DNA from: an uncultured Pseudomonadota bacterium
GTDB lineage: Bacteria > Pseudomonadota > Gammaproteobacteria > Steroidobacterales > Steroidobacteraceae
Assembly: GCA_903839465.1 (NCBI GenBank)
Contig: CAIMCI010000366.1
Location: 15,514-79,513, forward strand
Direction of reading: 5' to 3'
Length of the DNA stretch: 64,000 nt
Shown: positions 24,281 to 33,561 of the stretch, piece after piece
How positions within the stretch are numbered: the first letter of the stretch is position 1
Layout of the letters: every line of letters starts with the position of its first letter
The notes under the pieces: generated by a model
What the model was told of the DNA's origin: nothing
What the model saw: the letters and a program-made list of their open reading frames with translations, nothing else
Database searches by the model: none
Position numbers and translations under genes: made by a program

Positions 24281-24721
24281 TCACTCCTCCTTCATCAGTC
24301 CTCGATCGAACAGCGAGACGTGCTTGTCATCGGTGACGATGACGTGGTCGAGCAGCTGGATGCCGAGCATCTTCCCGGCCTGCTGGACCTCGCGCGTCAT
24401 CTTGACGTCCGCGTAGCTCGGCTCCGGGTCGCCGCTCGGGTGGTTATGGGCGAGGGCGATCGCCGCCGCGCGATGCAGCAGGGCTCCTCGGAACACGTCC
24501 GCCGGGAGTATCGCTGCGCCGTGTAGCCCGCCCTGCGACACGACCTCGACGCCCGTCAGCTTGTTGCACCCGTCCAGGTAGAAGACCAGGACCTTCTCCC
24601 CGACCGAGTCGGAGAGAAACTCGCGCGCCACCACGGCCACGGACTGGTCGTTGCCGACGGTCCGCTGGTAGCGCACGGTGCCGCACCTGACCAGCTTGAC
24701 GCTGTAGACCGGTGTGAACAT
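24281..24721 (-). CDS. RadC-like JAB/JAMM domain protein (DUF2466 family)
   Basis: 146 aa from MFTPVYSVK. Signature ALAHNHPSGDPEPSYADVKMT. Confidence 0.8.
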   Translation of the reverse strand: MFTPVYSVKLVRCGTVRYQRTVGNDQSVAVVAREFLSDSVGEKVLVFYLDGCNKLTGVEVVSQGGLHGAAILPADVFRGALLHRAAAIALAHNHPSGDPEPSYADVKMTREVQQAGKMLGIQLLDHVIVTDDKHVSLFDRGLMKEE

Positions 24722-24846
24722 CAGCGTGCCTCCCCGAGCTCGGCCAAGAGCCTGCGTGCGTCGTCCCCACGTCGCCCGTCCCATCCCTTCATCCCTGCGG
24801 TCGCCATCGCGAGCGCCGCTTCCGGTGCCATCTTCTGCTTCGCCAT
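24721..24846 (-). CDS. Possible 41-aa leader protein of the RadC operon
   Basis: MAKQKMAPEAALAMATAGMKGWDGRRGDDARRLLAELGEAR, preceded by AGAAAGAAGGAAGAC. Its TGA shares one nucleotide with the RadC ATG. Confidence 0.35.
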   Translation of the reverse strand: MAKQKMAPEAALAMATAGMKGWDGRRGDDARRLLAELGEAR

Positions 24847-24952
24847 GTCTTCCTTCTTTCTCGCCGGATAGTTTCGAGAGCCGCCGGCTGCCGGCTCACC
24901 CTTCAAACCTAGCCCTAATGGCCGCCCTGGGCTAGTTCTTTTGTGGCCCCCC

Positions 24953-24972
24953 ACGGAACCCCGGGGTTCCGT
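24953..24972. promoter_or_regulatory. 20-bp perfect palindrome (copy 4) at a divergent junction
   Basis: Lies between the RadC operon (leftward) and ATG 25002 (rightward). Confidence 0.55.
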
Positions 24973-24983
24973 CCCGGCCGGCC

Positions 24984-24991
24984 CGCGCCAT
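24984..24991 (+). promoter_or_regulatory. CGCGCCAT box, 10 nt upstream of ATG 25002
   Basis: Reads GGCCCGCGCCATCCTCCCCCCTATG. Confidence 0.5.
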
Positions 24992-25001
24992 CCTCCCCCC
25001 T

Positions 25002-25421
25002 ATGCGCACCCCCCGCCGCCCGGCCCCTAGCTCCAAACCCGAACCGGACCCTGACGGCCGGGGCCTAAAAAGGCTACCCACCGGAACTGTTCGGCCCCTA
25101 GAAAGCGTTTCTGGCCCCCTCCCCGGGGGGTTGCCTAGGCGGGCCCGCCAGCCCCGGTTCACGGGCGTTGGCTGGCCAGAGATCATCGCCGCCCTGGGTA
25201 TCGACGACGACGCCCGGCTAGCGGCCATGGGCCGGTACCGCACCGCCGGCTGGACCCCGGAAGACTTCGCCGGTCAATGGGGCGCCCGCCGGGCCATGGC
25301 CGAGTCACTCACCTACGCCGAAGATCAAATCGAGAAGAAAGTCGACTGCCCGCGGCTGCGTGCTGCCCGCTCCGCTCTACGTGACGTGAGACGACGGCTC
25401 GAGCTCGAGCTCTGGCCCTAG
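25002..25421 (+). CDS. Hypothetical protein (N-terminal third may be non-coding)
   Basis: 139-aa ORF. The first ~50 codons are P/R/G-rich and CTAG-rich with hairpins. The C-terminal part (GWPEIIAALGIDDDARLAAMGRY...) looks coding. Confidence 0.4.
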   Translation: MRTPRRPAPSSKPEPDPDGRGLKRLPTGTVRPLESVSGPLPGGLPRRARQPRFTGVGWPEIIAALGIDDDARLAAMGRYRTAGWTPEDFAGQWGARRAMAESLTYAEDQIEKKVDCPRLRAARSALRDVRRRLELELWP

Positions 25422-26002
25422 CTGCGCACGCTGTGCAAGACCAGGTTGCTCGCCCAGCCGAGCAGCTTCACGGACGAGACGCACGCGTTCGGCATGCCGG
25501 CCTTCACCGCCAACCGCTCGAGCCCGGCCGTCCCTAATAGCCGCAGATTCTCATCCCTCGAGTAGAACTCGTGCCCGAGCCTCCGCGCACACGCGCTCCA
25601 TGCCTTCTGCGGCAGCCAGTGTAGGAGCGGCAGCCCCGTGTGAAACTCCACCGGCGCCCACCGGTTCGGCGTCGTCACGTAGAGCACTCGCCGGCAAACC
25701 CGCCAGAGCTCGCCGAGGAACCGCCACTGCGCACGCTTGCCGCCCACGTGCTCGAGCACCGCGCTCGAGTGCACCACGTCGAAGGCGCGGTCCTCGAACG
25801 GGAGCCGCGAGTCGGTGATCTGCACGTACCGCAGGGAGCTGAAGAGCTGAGGATGGAACGGGCTCTCCGCCATCAGCCCAGCCGCCGTGACGCGGTGCGG
25901 GTAGCGGTACGACCATTCCAAGTAGTTCGCATCCGGGCTGTCCTGGTCCGTCACCCCGACGTCGAGCAGCTCGTCCCGCTCGGTCGGGTTGCAGCGCTTC
26001 AA
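25418..26002 (-). CDS. Class-I SAM-dependent methyltransferase-like protein, possibly truncated
   Basis: FDVVHSSAVLEHVGGKRAQWRFLGELWRVCRRVLYVTTPN matches the Methyltransf_11-like core. Motif I is degenerate (LLDVGVTDQ). TTG start. Confidence 0.45.
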   Translation of the reverse strand: MKRCNPTERDELLDVGVTDQDSPDANYLEWSYRYPHRVTAAGLMAESPFHPQLFSSLRYVQITDSRLPFEDRAFDVVHSSAVLEHVGGKRAQWRFLGELWRVCRRVLYVTTPNRWAPVEFHTGLPLLHWLPQKAWSACARRLGHEFYSRDENLRLLGTAGLERLAVKAGMPNACVSSVKLLGWASNLVLHSVRS

Positions 26003-26085
26003 GAAGTCGTCGAACAGCAGGCGCCGCTGCCGGTGCCCAATCCTCGCAGCGAATCCTCCCGCCGCGACCTGGTGATAGCCCTCGG

Positions 26086-26637
26086 TCAGAACAGACCCCA
26101 GTGGTGCGCCAGCACGGTGAACGCCGCCCCGGCCGCGGTCAACAGCAAGGTCACCGCGATCTCGATGTTCAGCTTGGTCATCAGCTTGTGGTGCGGCTTG
26201 TCGAGCTCACGCTCCTTCTGCTCGACCACGGCCTCCTGCACAATCACCTTGGCTTCTCGGGCCCGGAGGGATGCCCTCTTGGTTCGCTCTCCGAGCTCCT
26301 CGAGTTCAGTCGCGCTCTTGCGTTCGACTACCCCGAGGTGTTCACCAATCGCACGCACATCCTCCGCGAGCTCACCAAACTGCTGCTGCATTGTCTCCTG
26401 GTTGTGCAGAAACTGCGCCTGGCCGTGGAGGAACTCCTTGTACTGAGCGAACGTCTTGGTGCCCCACTCCTGCATCCCCTCGCTGTAACGGTCTAGCCGC
26501 CTGTCCTGGTGTTGCGCGGTTTCTTTGAGCTCCACTTGGGATCTCATGAGACCGCCCACCACTTCGGCAAGCTCTAAAACGGCAGGGCAGGGCTTGCCAT
26601 TGCCGCCCCTCTCGCAATCGGCTTGTGCGTCGGCCAT
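26086..26637 (-). CDS. Coiled-coil protein with C-terminal transmembrane anchor
   Basis: 183 aa. Long heptad-like central region and C-terminal IEIAVTLLLTAAGAAFTVLAHHW. Confidence 0.55.
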   Translation of the reverse strand: MADAQADCERGGNGKPCPAVLELAEVVGGLMRSQVELKETAQHQDRRLDRYSEGMQEWGTKTFAQYKEFLHGQAQFLHNQETMQQQFGELAEDVRAIGEHLGVVERKSATELEELGERTKRASLRAREAKVIVQEAVVEQKERELDKPHHKLMTKLNIEIAVTLLLTAAGAAFTVLAHHWGLF

Positions 26638-26652
26638 GTCTACTCGGTCAGG

Positions 26653-27081
26653 CTAGCGAGAATCCTTGGAGATGCTGTGCGAGGAGGCCCGCAGCCTGCC
26701 TACCTCAGCTTCCACCTTGGATGCGATGATTGGCCTCAAGTCGCTCACGCCGAACTCCGCCTGCGCTATCACTCGCCACTTGGCCGGAATGTTGGCAAAC
26801 GCCTTCTCCACCGCGCCGTTGCGCACCCGGTCTGCTTCCTCGGAGCTGAGCTTTCCGTCAGCCGACGTGTCTTTCAGCGAGCCCACTACGGTCTGCTCGA
26901 TCTCGGCTACGGCATCACTTACCACGTCGTTGATGATCTGGAGCACCGCCGCTATTCGTGATCCGTTCGCGCTGGTGACTACCGCGGCCTGGAGCCGCTT
27001 GATACCTGCCAAGAGAAGCGACAGGATGATGACGGCGGCAATTGAGACGAGCAGCTGCTTCCAGTCGGTGGGGATCGTCAT
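26653..27081 (-). CDS. Holin-like protein (single N-terminal TM, LL-H-like architecture)
   Basis: 142 aa with N-terminal LLVSIAAVIILSLLLAGI followed by a soluble helical domain. The call rests on architecture only. Confidence 0.4.
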   Translation of the reverse strand: MTIPTDWKQLLVSIAAVIILSLLLAGIKRLQAAVVTSANGSRIAAVLQIINDVVSDAVAEIEQTVVGSLKDTSADGKLSSEEADRVRNGAVEKAFANIPAKWRVIAQAEFGVSDLRPIIASKVEAEVGRLRASSHSISKDSR

Positions 27082-27106
27082 TCCCCGAGGATAGCGTAGG
27101 CCTGGC

Positions 27107-28729
27107 TCAGGGACCCGTCACCCAGCCACGCACGATGGCGTAGACGACGCTATTGCCCCAGCCGTTGGTATTTACCGTGACGACGAACGGCGTAGCCGTA
27201 TTGCCTGCATCGGTCGCACTCACCGGAGCGGGTAGCTGCACGTCGATGCCGAACTCAGCCCAGTCTTGCGTGTCGAGTACGGACGGCACCACCAAGCCTT
27301 GTAGCTCCAGGTCAGTCGACACGACGATTCGTGCACCCGCTGCATCATCCCCATTGAGCCAGAGCTCGAGCCGCACTTCCTTCGATCCAGGCGGATAGTC
27401 GAACGAGGGGCGCAAGCTCACCGTGAAGATACCGGAACCGGGGGAAGTCTCGGCAATCCGTGTCGTCGAAACGAACCCCGCATGATTGCCGCGCATCTTG
27501 TTCCCGCGACAGCTCCCCTGTGGCACGCCGCTGCCATCGCATCCGAATCCAGCGAGAATCACTCCCATGCACGGAATCGAAAGCCCGAGAACGGCAGGGA
27601 GTTGCGTCACCACGACGAACCCGTTGTTGTGCGTCGAGGCCAGGCCGTTGTAGTCCATCACCACCAAAAGACCTCGCGGTCCACGTGGCACACGCCCGAC
27701 GCTCGAGATGTTGCTCTGTGAGTAGCGCACCCATCGAGGCAGCATCAGCGGGAAGAGTGCCGCCACCCAGTAGGTCGCCGTCACCGAGGTCGAACCAGAG
27801 CGATAGCTGAGGCCAAGCTGCTTGTTGTCGGTTCTGGCGAGCGAGAGGTGATTCTGGTCTGCCTTCGCGGCACCAAAGTCGGCGATTGCCGAGGGCATCG
27901 ACTGCCGAAGCTCACCCCCCGCCAAGTAACCGCCGAATACGGCTTCTGCATGACCAGCCATCACACGGTCGGACGTATCGGGGTCATCCATGACTTGCCA
28001 GTCGCCGCCGAGGTGACTGTAGAGGTTCGCTCCAACTTGCCCCTGAGACCCGTCGCCGTTGAATTGTGCCGGCCTCATCATGTCGTCGGCCAAGGGCCGC
28101 ACGTCGTAGAAGTCACACTCGTCGAAGCTCGCGGCGCTCGCCGGTACGTGAATCGCGGCCAGCGGTAACCAGTCGCTCTGCAATGCAGGTAGTGCTTCTG
28201 GGCTGGTGCCAGTACGAATCCTGTACTGAAGCCGCACCGTGCACCGCTTGGGAACAAGCGTCGGTATGTAGGCGCGCGAAACTTCATCCCAGATGTCGCG
28301 ACTTTCCTGGAGTTGCTCGAGGTAGGGCCGGGCCTCCACTAAATCCCACCGTACCGAGCCGGTCCCGTTGGCCGTGTATTCAAGGATCCCCGCGGTTTGC
28401 TGTCCGGCGTCATCTATGACGACCACAGGAGAATCGTCCCCGCCCTGAAGCGCAGCAAACAACATCGCCACTACACCCGGCTGTATGAGCAGGCTGCTCG
28501 TTCCCGGCTGCACCATCAGCCCAGAAAACACCACGCTCGTCTGGTAGATGGGTAGCGTTGCGTCTTGAATGACAACGCCTGGATACTGCATCCCCGAACG
28601 ACGTGGGTCGATGAGCCACCGCTCCACTAGCTGCGCACGAGCCTTGTCTTGCAGGTTCTGCCGGGAGTTGTCGTCGGAGGAGATGTACTTCTCGAGATTG
28701 TTTTGGAAGATCCTGCTCTTGGTGGACAT
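27107..28729 (-). CDS. Tail fibre / distal baseplate protein
   Basis: 540 aa from MSTKSRIFQNN (GAGGAG 9 nt upstream). Its position is immediately downstream of the baseplate genes. Confidence 0.55.
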   Translation of the reverse strand: MSTKSRIFQNNLEKYISSDDNSRQNLQDKARAQLVERWLIDPRRSGMQYPGVVIQDATLPIYQTSVVFSGLMVQPGTSSLLIQPGVVAMLFAALQGGDDSPVVVIDDAGQQTAGILEYTANGTGSVRWDLVEARPYLEQLQESRDIWDEVSRAYIPTLVPKRCTVRLQYRIRTGTSPEALPALQSDWLPLAAIHVPASAASFDECDFYDVRPLADDMMRPAQFNGDGSQGQVGANLYSHLGGDWQVMDDPDTSDRVMAGHAEAVFGGYLAGGELRQSMPSAIADFGAAKADQNHLSLARTDNKQLGLSYRSGSTSVTATYWVAALFPLMLPRWVRYSQSNISSVGRVPRGPRGLLVVMDYNGLASTHNNGFVVVTQLPAVLGLSIPCMGVILAGFGCDGSGVPQGSCRGNKMRGNHAGFVSTTRIAETSPGSGIFTVSLRPSFDYPPGSKEVRLELWLNGDDAAGARIVVSTDLELQGLVVPSVLDTQDWAEFGIDVQLPAPVSATDAGNTATPFVVTVNTNGWGNSVVYAIVRGWVTGP

Positions 28730-28743
28730 TGTCGGTTGCTCCT

Positions 28744-30258
28744 CTATGGGGCGAAGACCACTCGGAATCCTACGCCACCCGCCACTATGCGAGCGACCTC
28801 GTTCTCGATAAGCTTGTACAAGTCTTCGTCGAGAATGGTCGCTCCGTCTGCGCAGCACTTCCCCGCCGCGCACGGGCCGCTCAGCATCACGTCACGGGTG
28901 TCCGACGCAGCGCCGAACGAGCCGATCACCACCTTCGGCACCTGGACGAAGAAGAACGCGCGGTGATCCAGGAGGTCGAACGAGACTCGCCAGCACGCGT
29001 CCGAGCTCGGGTCGTCCGAGCAGTAGTGCTGCCCCGAACTGTTCGGCACGTCGGCATAGCAACCCGGGAACACAGCTGAGCCAGCCTGCCGGTAGACGCA
29101 GGTCAGCCCGTAGGGCTCAAGAATCTTGTTCACCCGGCGGCGCACCGCGTTGGGGCACACCGTGTCGGCCACCTCGGCCACCCGGTATCGGTAGGAGTCG
29201 TCCTCCTCACCGGAAGAGCGGAATACCTGCCGTTCGGCCCCGATCTCGTCAAGCGTCGCCGAACGGCCTCCGGTGGGGCTCAATGCGTTGGTCGCGACTA
29301 GCCCGAGATCGCCATCGAACGTGAGCAGCCGCCACGCCGTTGCCGAGTCGTCCGAAAGCAGCGGGTCGCGCATGACCGCGGTCACCGTCATCGCGACACC
29401 CGCGATAGTTGCCGCGCCGGCCGTGAACGAGCCGACCACTTCGTCCACCAGGAGGACGACCTGCATCGTCGTCGCATCAGGCCCGGTTGACGCACCGATC
29501 ACCCGCGCGTTGTTCGTCCCCTGCTCGAGCAAGTCACCCGCCGCGACTACCGTCCCGGCTGCCACCTGCCCGATGAGCAGGCACTCCCGGTCGAGCATCA
29601 CCACCCGACTCGACATTGCCATGACGATGCGACGCACCTCGCCCTGGTTCGTGCCGCTCATCAGTTCCACGTACATGCCGGCATGCAGGGGCGAGACGGC
29701 CTCGGCTCCCTCGGCAAACGTGAACAAGTTCTGCCCACTCACTACCGAGCACGTCGCACCCGTGCCGGATACCCGCGAGAGAGGCTGCTCGATCAGGGTG
29801 ATGGTTCCAGCCGCCGGCTCGTCGTATGCGTCACCCGGGTTCTCTGCCTGCGCGAGCACCGATTGGCCTGTGCCGTCGCCTGGCATCATGACGAGCCGCT
29901 CGGCCACCAGGTAGCGGCGCCAGCCGGCGTCCTCCACCGGACCCGAGTCCGTCTGGTCGTGCCTGACCACCAGGCCCGGGTCGATGACCAGTGCGAGGTC
30001 GAACCGCTTGTTGCGGCTCAGCGTCAAGGTCACCTCGGATCGCGCTGCGCCCGAGGCCGGGTCCCCTGCCTGCCCCGACCAGGGCAGCACGTAGCAGGCC
30101 TCGAAGTTCCGCTCCGTGGCCGAGGCCACCCGTGCGAACTGCGCTGCCGCCTGCTCGACCGTGGCCAACCCCTCCTCTCGCTTGAGCAGATTGGTGGCGT
30201 AGTCGTCATCGACGACGCTGCGCCACACTACCTGGAGCTTGGTTGCGTCGAGCACCAT
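28744..30258 (-). CDS. Baseplate/tail protein at the Mu gp48 / P2 gpI position
   Basis: 504 aa from MVLDATKLQV. The ATG shares one nucleotide with the stop of the J-like gene. The call rests on synteny. Confidence 0.5.
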   Translation of the reverse strand: MVLDATKLQVVWRSVVDDDYATNLLKREEGLATVEQAAAQFARVASATERNFEACYVLPWSGQAGDPASGAARSEVTLTLSRNKRFDLALVIDPGLVVRHDQTDSGPVEDAGWRRYLVAERLVMMPGDGTGQSVLAQAENPGDAYDEPAAGTITLIEQPLSRVSGTGATCSVVSGQNLFTFAEGAEAVSPLHAGMYVELMSGTNQGEVRRIVMAMSSRVVMLDRECLLIGQVAAGTVVAAGDLLEQGTNNARVIGASTGPDATTMQVVLLVDEVVGSFTAGAATIAGVAMTVTAVMRDPLLSDDSATAWRLLTFDGDLGLVATNALSPTGGRSATLDEIGAERQVFRSSGEEDDSYRYRVAEVADTVCPNAVRRRVNKILEPYGLTCVYRQAGSAVFPGCYADVPNSSGQHYCSDDPSSDACWRVSFDLLDHRAFFFVQVPKVVIGSFGAASDTRDVMLSGPCAAGKCCADGATILDEDLYKLIENEVARIVAGGVGFRVVFAP

Positions 30259-31373
30259 CAGTAGGTCAACCCCACGTTCTCGGCCCGAATCCGGAACGTG
30301 TGCCCGGGCTCCGGGTAGAGGTCGCCTGCGGGAGCGACAATCGTGTCGTCGGTGGCAATCAGTCCGACTGACTTGTAGCGGGTCAGCACGGCCATCAGCT
30401 CGCCGTGGAGCATTGGCATGTCGACGCCGAGGCTGTTGACGAACCCGACCATCGCGCCACGTATCTGCTCGGCGATACCCCGGGTGTCGACGTTGCCCTT
30501 GAACGCGAGCCGCAGCACCAGGCTCGGGATCTCCGGCTGCCCGGTGATAACCGCCACGTAGATGCCCGCGGCCGCCCACTCGTCGAGCTGCACACGCACC
30601 AGGTCGATCAGCGCGGAGTTCGACACGCCGGACGAGTCAGCGATGTAGTCGACCACGGCTCGAGCCGGGTAGCCCTCCACCGTGGTTGACGTGAACGCGT
30701 GCGCGCTGTCCACCCCGGGTACCAGCTTGGATGCGTACTCGATTGCAGGCAGGACGCCCCGCCGCGCGCTCTCCCAGAAGTGCTCCATCCGAGCCTTGAA
30801 CTGGTCGTTCGTCTCGCGCGGCTCGCCCCCCGCCGCGGGGTCCGGATTGTCCACCGTGATGGTCGTGTCGAACAGGCCGCTCCGGTCGCTGAAGCCGTTG
30901 ATGGCGTGCCGCCCAACCTGGAACTCCTTGCCCGCCTGCGTCGCCTTGGCGTTGCAGCTGGCCAGCAAGTCACCGGACCCGAACACTGCTGGAGTCGTCG
31001 CGTAGTAATCGACGCCCGTTGCCGTGCTGAACTTCCTGCCGATGGCGATAGTGCCGGCACCGGCGTCCGAGTTCGGGCGAGTGAGCACCACCGCCGCCAC
31101 TGCCGCCGAAGCTCCCTTGCGCAGTTCCCGGTACCGGTCGAAGTAGAGCCGGTCGAGCTTCTCGTCGTCATCGCAGCTGTCGCCGAACAGGTTGGTGAGC
31201 CCCTCGACGTGGGCACGCAGTACCGCGTGCGCCATGTAGCTGGTCGACCCGACGAACAGGTTGGCATCGCTGCCCGCCACGTCAACGATGGTCGGCTCGA
31301 TGCGCCGGGCCCGGCCGATGAAGACTCGGCGGCCCGACTCGTAAAGGTCCAGGCGAGAGGGAAGGTCAGGCAC
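30258..31373 (-). CDS. Baseplate J-like protein (Mu gp47 / P2 gpJ position)
   Basis: 371 aa. Size and position fit (after a gp25-like gene, before the gpI-position gene), with general resemblance to Baseplate_J proteins. Confidence 0.65.
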   Translation of the reverse strand: MPDLPSRLDLYESGRRVFIGRARRIEPTIVDVAGSDANLFVGSTSYMAHAVLRAHVEGLTNLFGDSCDDDEKLDRLYFDRYRELRKGASAAVAAVVLTRPNSDAGAGTIAIGRKFSTATGVDYYATTPAVFGSGDLLASCNAKATQAGKEFQVGRHAINGFSDRSGLFDTTITVDNPDPAAGGEPRETNDQFKARMEHFWESARRGVLPAIEYASKLVPGVDSAHAFTSTTVEGYPARAVVDYIADSSGVSNSALIDLVRVQLDEWAAAGIYVAVITGQPEIPSLVLRLAFKGNVDTRGIAEQIRGAMVGFVNSLGVDMPMLHGELMAVLTRYKSVGLIATDDTIVAPAGDLYPEPGHTFRIRAENVGLTY

Positions 31374-32247
31374 TGAGGTCCTCCGTGATCCCGACCGGTG
31401 CGTTCACCGGCACGGCGTTGCCGAAGCGGGTCTTGGCCCGCACCTGGAACCAGAATACGTTCCGCGAGTCCTGCACCAGGCGCACCGAGCAGTCGACCGT
31501 CTCGGGCTCCTGGCGCACCTGCTGCTCGGCATCGGCACAAAGCGCCTGCGCCACGCCACGCCGAGCGAGAGTCTGCACGCTCTGCACAAACTTGGTCCCG
31601 TACCCACGTAGGTGCGCAAAGCTGTCCTTGCGCGTGGTCAGCCGGCGGAACACCCGCTTCTTGTAGCTGGCGAGCCCCTCGTCCCGGGCGATGTCACCGG
31701 TGTGGTCTGCGGAGTACGAGCCGAGCAGTCGGTCGTCCGTTACGCTCGCCATCGGGTCGAGCAGAGCGGAGCCCACCTGCGGGTTGGCGATGTCGCGCGT
31801 GCTCGCCGCCTGGTCGAGTAGCGACACGGCCATGCCCATCTGCATGCCGTTCACGATCACGCTCTGGTCTCCACCCGCGAGCCAGTGCCCAGCCTCGCTC
31901 CGGATGCCCGTGACGCCCACCAGATAGAACGTCCCGAACGCGGAGAGCGCCCGGTCGGTCCAGAGGTCTACAGAGTACGGACTGCCCTCGGCCGCCAGCA
32001 CCTTGGCCGGCGCCACCGTGCGCGCTAGCTGCCCGTCGATGCCGATGGACCAGTGCACCTTCAGAATGCTGTAGCGAGCGACGACCGAGGCATCGCCTGG
32101 GTCGTGCCAGAGCGAGTAGTGCGGAGGTTCGCTGAACGTGAGCCGCACCATGTTCTCCCGGATCGTCTCGCCGCTGACCAGGAAGAACGAGCCGACGACC
32201 CCGTCGCCCCAGGGTCCCGCGCCGAACTCTTCCGATCCCCAGGGCAT
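31366..32247 (-). CDS. Baseplate wedge protein with C-terminal gp25/GPW-like domain
   Basis: 293 aa. The C-terminal YKKRVFRRLTTRKDSFAHLRGYGTKF...QEPETVDCSVRLVQD follows the gp25-like pattern. Confidence 0.55.
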   Translation of the reverse strand: MPWGSEEFGAGPWGDGVVGSFFLVSGETIRENMVRLTFSEPPHYSLWHDPGDASVVARYSILKVHWSIGIDGQLARTVAPAKVLAAEGSPYSVDLWTDRALSAFGTFYLVGVTGIRSEAGHWLAGGDQSVIVNGMQMGMAVSLLDQAASTRDIANPQVGSALLDPMASVTDDRLLGSYSADHTGDIARDEGLASYKKRVFRRLTTRKDSFAHLRGYGTKFVQSVQTLARRGVAQALCADAEQQVRQEPETVDCSVRLVQDSRNVFWFQVRAKTRFGNAVPVNAPVGITEDLSA

Positions 32248-32250
32248 GGC

Positions 32251-33198
32251 TCAGCTCGGGTAGCCGACGATGGTGACGTGGGCGAAGATCGTCCAGTCGG
32301 TGACGTCGTTCGTGCCGGCGCCGAAGTTGAGTACCACGGTGTGCGTCCTCGATCCTCCGCTGGCCGCGGTGAACTGGCCGGGCCTATACGTGTGCGCCCC
32401 GGCGTCGACGTCGACCAAGGAAGACTCCCCGATCAGCTGCAGGTAGTTGGTGATGTCGGTCTTCTCGAACGTGCTCGAGCGCTTCCAACAGCCGACCCCG
32501 TACCGGGCACCGCCGCCGGGCGTCAGCACGGCATGGACCACCCAGTCGACCAACACGTTCGCCGGGCGGTCGTCGGGCAGGTTGGCGATGCCGAGGTCGA
32601 GCGTGTGGCCCGCGTAGCCGGCGGACGAGGTTTGGAAGCTGAACGGCGGCAGGTCGAACGAAGCGATGACTAGGCCGGCGTCCGCGCCGCTCTCGAGCGT
32701 CGGGGTCGGCGCGAGGATGCCACGCATCCACGTCCAAATTCCAGTGACCACCTTGAGCCAGCGGCGCAGCTCGCGCGCCCACCCAACAGTGTTTCCGCTC
32801 ACGTCGATCGCGTCGGGCGCGTTGTGCTCGGTCGTCTCGAGGTAGCTCGGCATCCGGCGCGGACACGAGGCGGGATCGGTCGCGAGGGTTGCTCCCGCGT
32901 AGAAGGTGATCTCCACCGTGCTTATCACCCCGGCGAGCGAAGCGGCCACGCGCAGGAGGTACGTGCCGTCGTTGTCCGGCGTCACGTCCGTCACCTGCGC
33001 GCTTGGAGCCGAGAGCGTTGCTGCGCTCGGCGCCGTCATCGCGTCGTTCGGCGGGGCGTCGAGCAGCGTCCAGGCATAGGTGTCATAGCCACCCGTTGCC
33101 GTCGCCGTCACGGCCGAAGCCAGGTCCAGGTCCTCACGGGCCTGCCCGGCCGTGCCTGCCGTCTTGCCCGTCTGGTCGAGCGTTATCTGGAGGGTCAT
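32251..33198 (-). CDS. Hypothetical baseplate-module structural protein
   Basis: 315-aa ORF in the baseplate operon. Confidence 0.5.
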   Translation of the reverse strand: MTLQITLDQTGKTAGTAGQAREDLDLASAVTATATGGYDTYAWTLLDAPPNDAMTAPSAATLSAPSAQVTDVTPDNDGTYLLRVAASLAGVISTVEITFYAGATLATDPASCPRRMPSYLETTEHNAPDAIDVSGNTVGWARELRRWLKVVTGIWTWMRGILAPTPTLESGADAGLVIASFDLPPFSFQTSSAGYAGHTLDLGIANLPDDRPANVLVDWVVHAVLTPGGGARYGVGCWKRSSTFEKTDITNYLQLIGESSLVDVDAGAHTYRPGQFTAASGGSRTHTVVLNFGAGTNDVTDWTIFAHVTIVGYPS

Positions 33199-33218
33199 CT
33201 CCCCCGGAGTCTACAGCG

Positions 33219-33515
33219 TCAGCCGAACTCCTCGTCGACGTCCGGGTCGGAGTTCGACACCCGTCCGCCGCCCACCTTGAGCCCACCCCCGAACGGGTTG
33301 GTGAGTGAGCAGCGGATGGAGAGCCAGAAGCTCAGGCTGGGCGGGAAGTCCCATGGCGGGAACTTCGGGATGCGGAAGCTCAAACCGTAGCCGAACGGAG
33401 GGATCGACAAGCCGCACGGCAGCGCACCCACCGGCACCCCCTGGAAGCCGACCTTCAGCCCGATCGTCTGCTGCGCAGCGGGAGATGGGTAGTCAGGCGG
33501 CGGCGGGAAGCCCAT
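33219..33515 (-). CDS. Small Pro/Gly/Phe-rich baseplate-module protein
   Basis: 98-aa ORF. ATG lies 15 nt from a palindrome copy. Confidence 0.45.
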   Translation of the reverse strand: MGFPPPPDYPSPAAQQTIGLKVGFQGVPVGALPCGLSIPPFGYGLSFRIPKFPPWDFPPSLSFWLSIRCSLTNPFGGGLKVGGGRVSNSDPDVDEEFG

Positions 33516-33530
33516 GTCCTGGATAATCCC

Positions 33531-33550
33531 ACGGAACCCCGGGGTTCCGT
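33531..33550. promoter_or_regulatory. 20-bp perfect palindrome (copy 5) at a divergent junction inside the baseplate module
   Basis: Lies 15 nt from ATG 33515 (minus gene) and 21 nt from ATG 33572 (plus gene). Confidence 0.55.
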
Positions 33551-33553
33551 CGC

Positions 33554-33561
33554 CGCGCCAT
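33554..33561 (+). promoter_or_regulatory. CGCGCCAT box, 10 nt upstream of ATG 33572
   Basis: Reads GTCGCCGCGCCATTGATAGGGGCATG. Confidence 0.55.

Noticed and set aside
26086-27081. Calling 26086..26637 plus 63088..63857 an i-spanin/o-spanin pair
   Set aside because: The coiled-coil protein is anchored at its C-terminus, not its N-terminus. The lipoprotein genes are 36 kb away in a fibre operon. The architecture does not match known two-component spanins.
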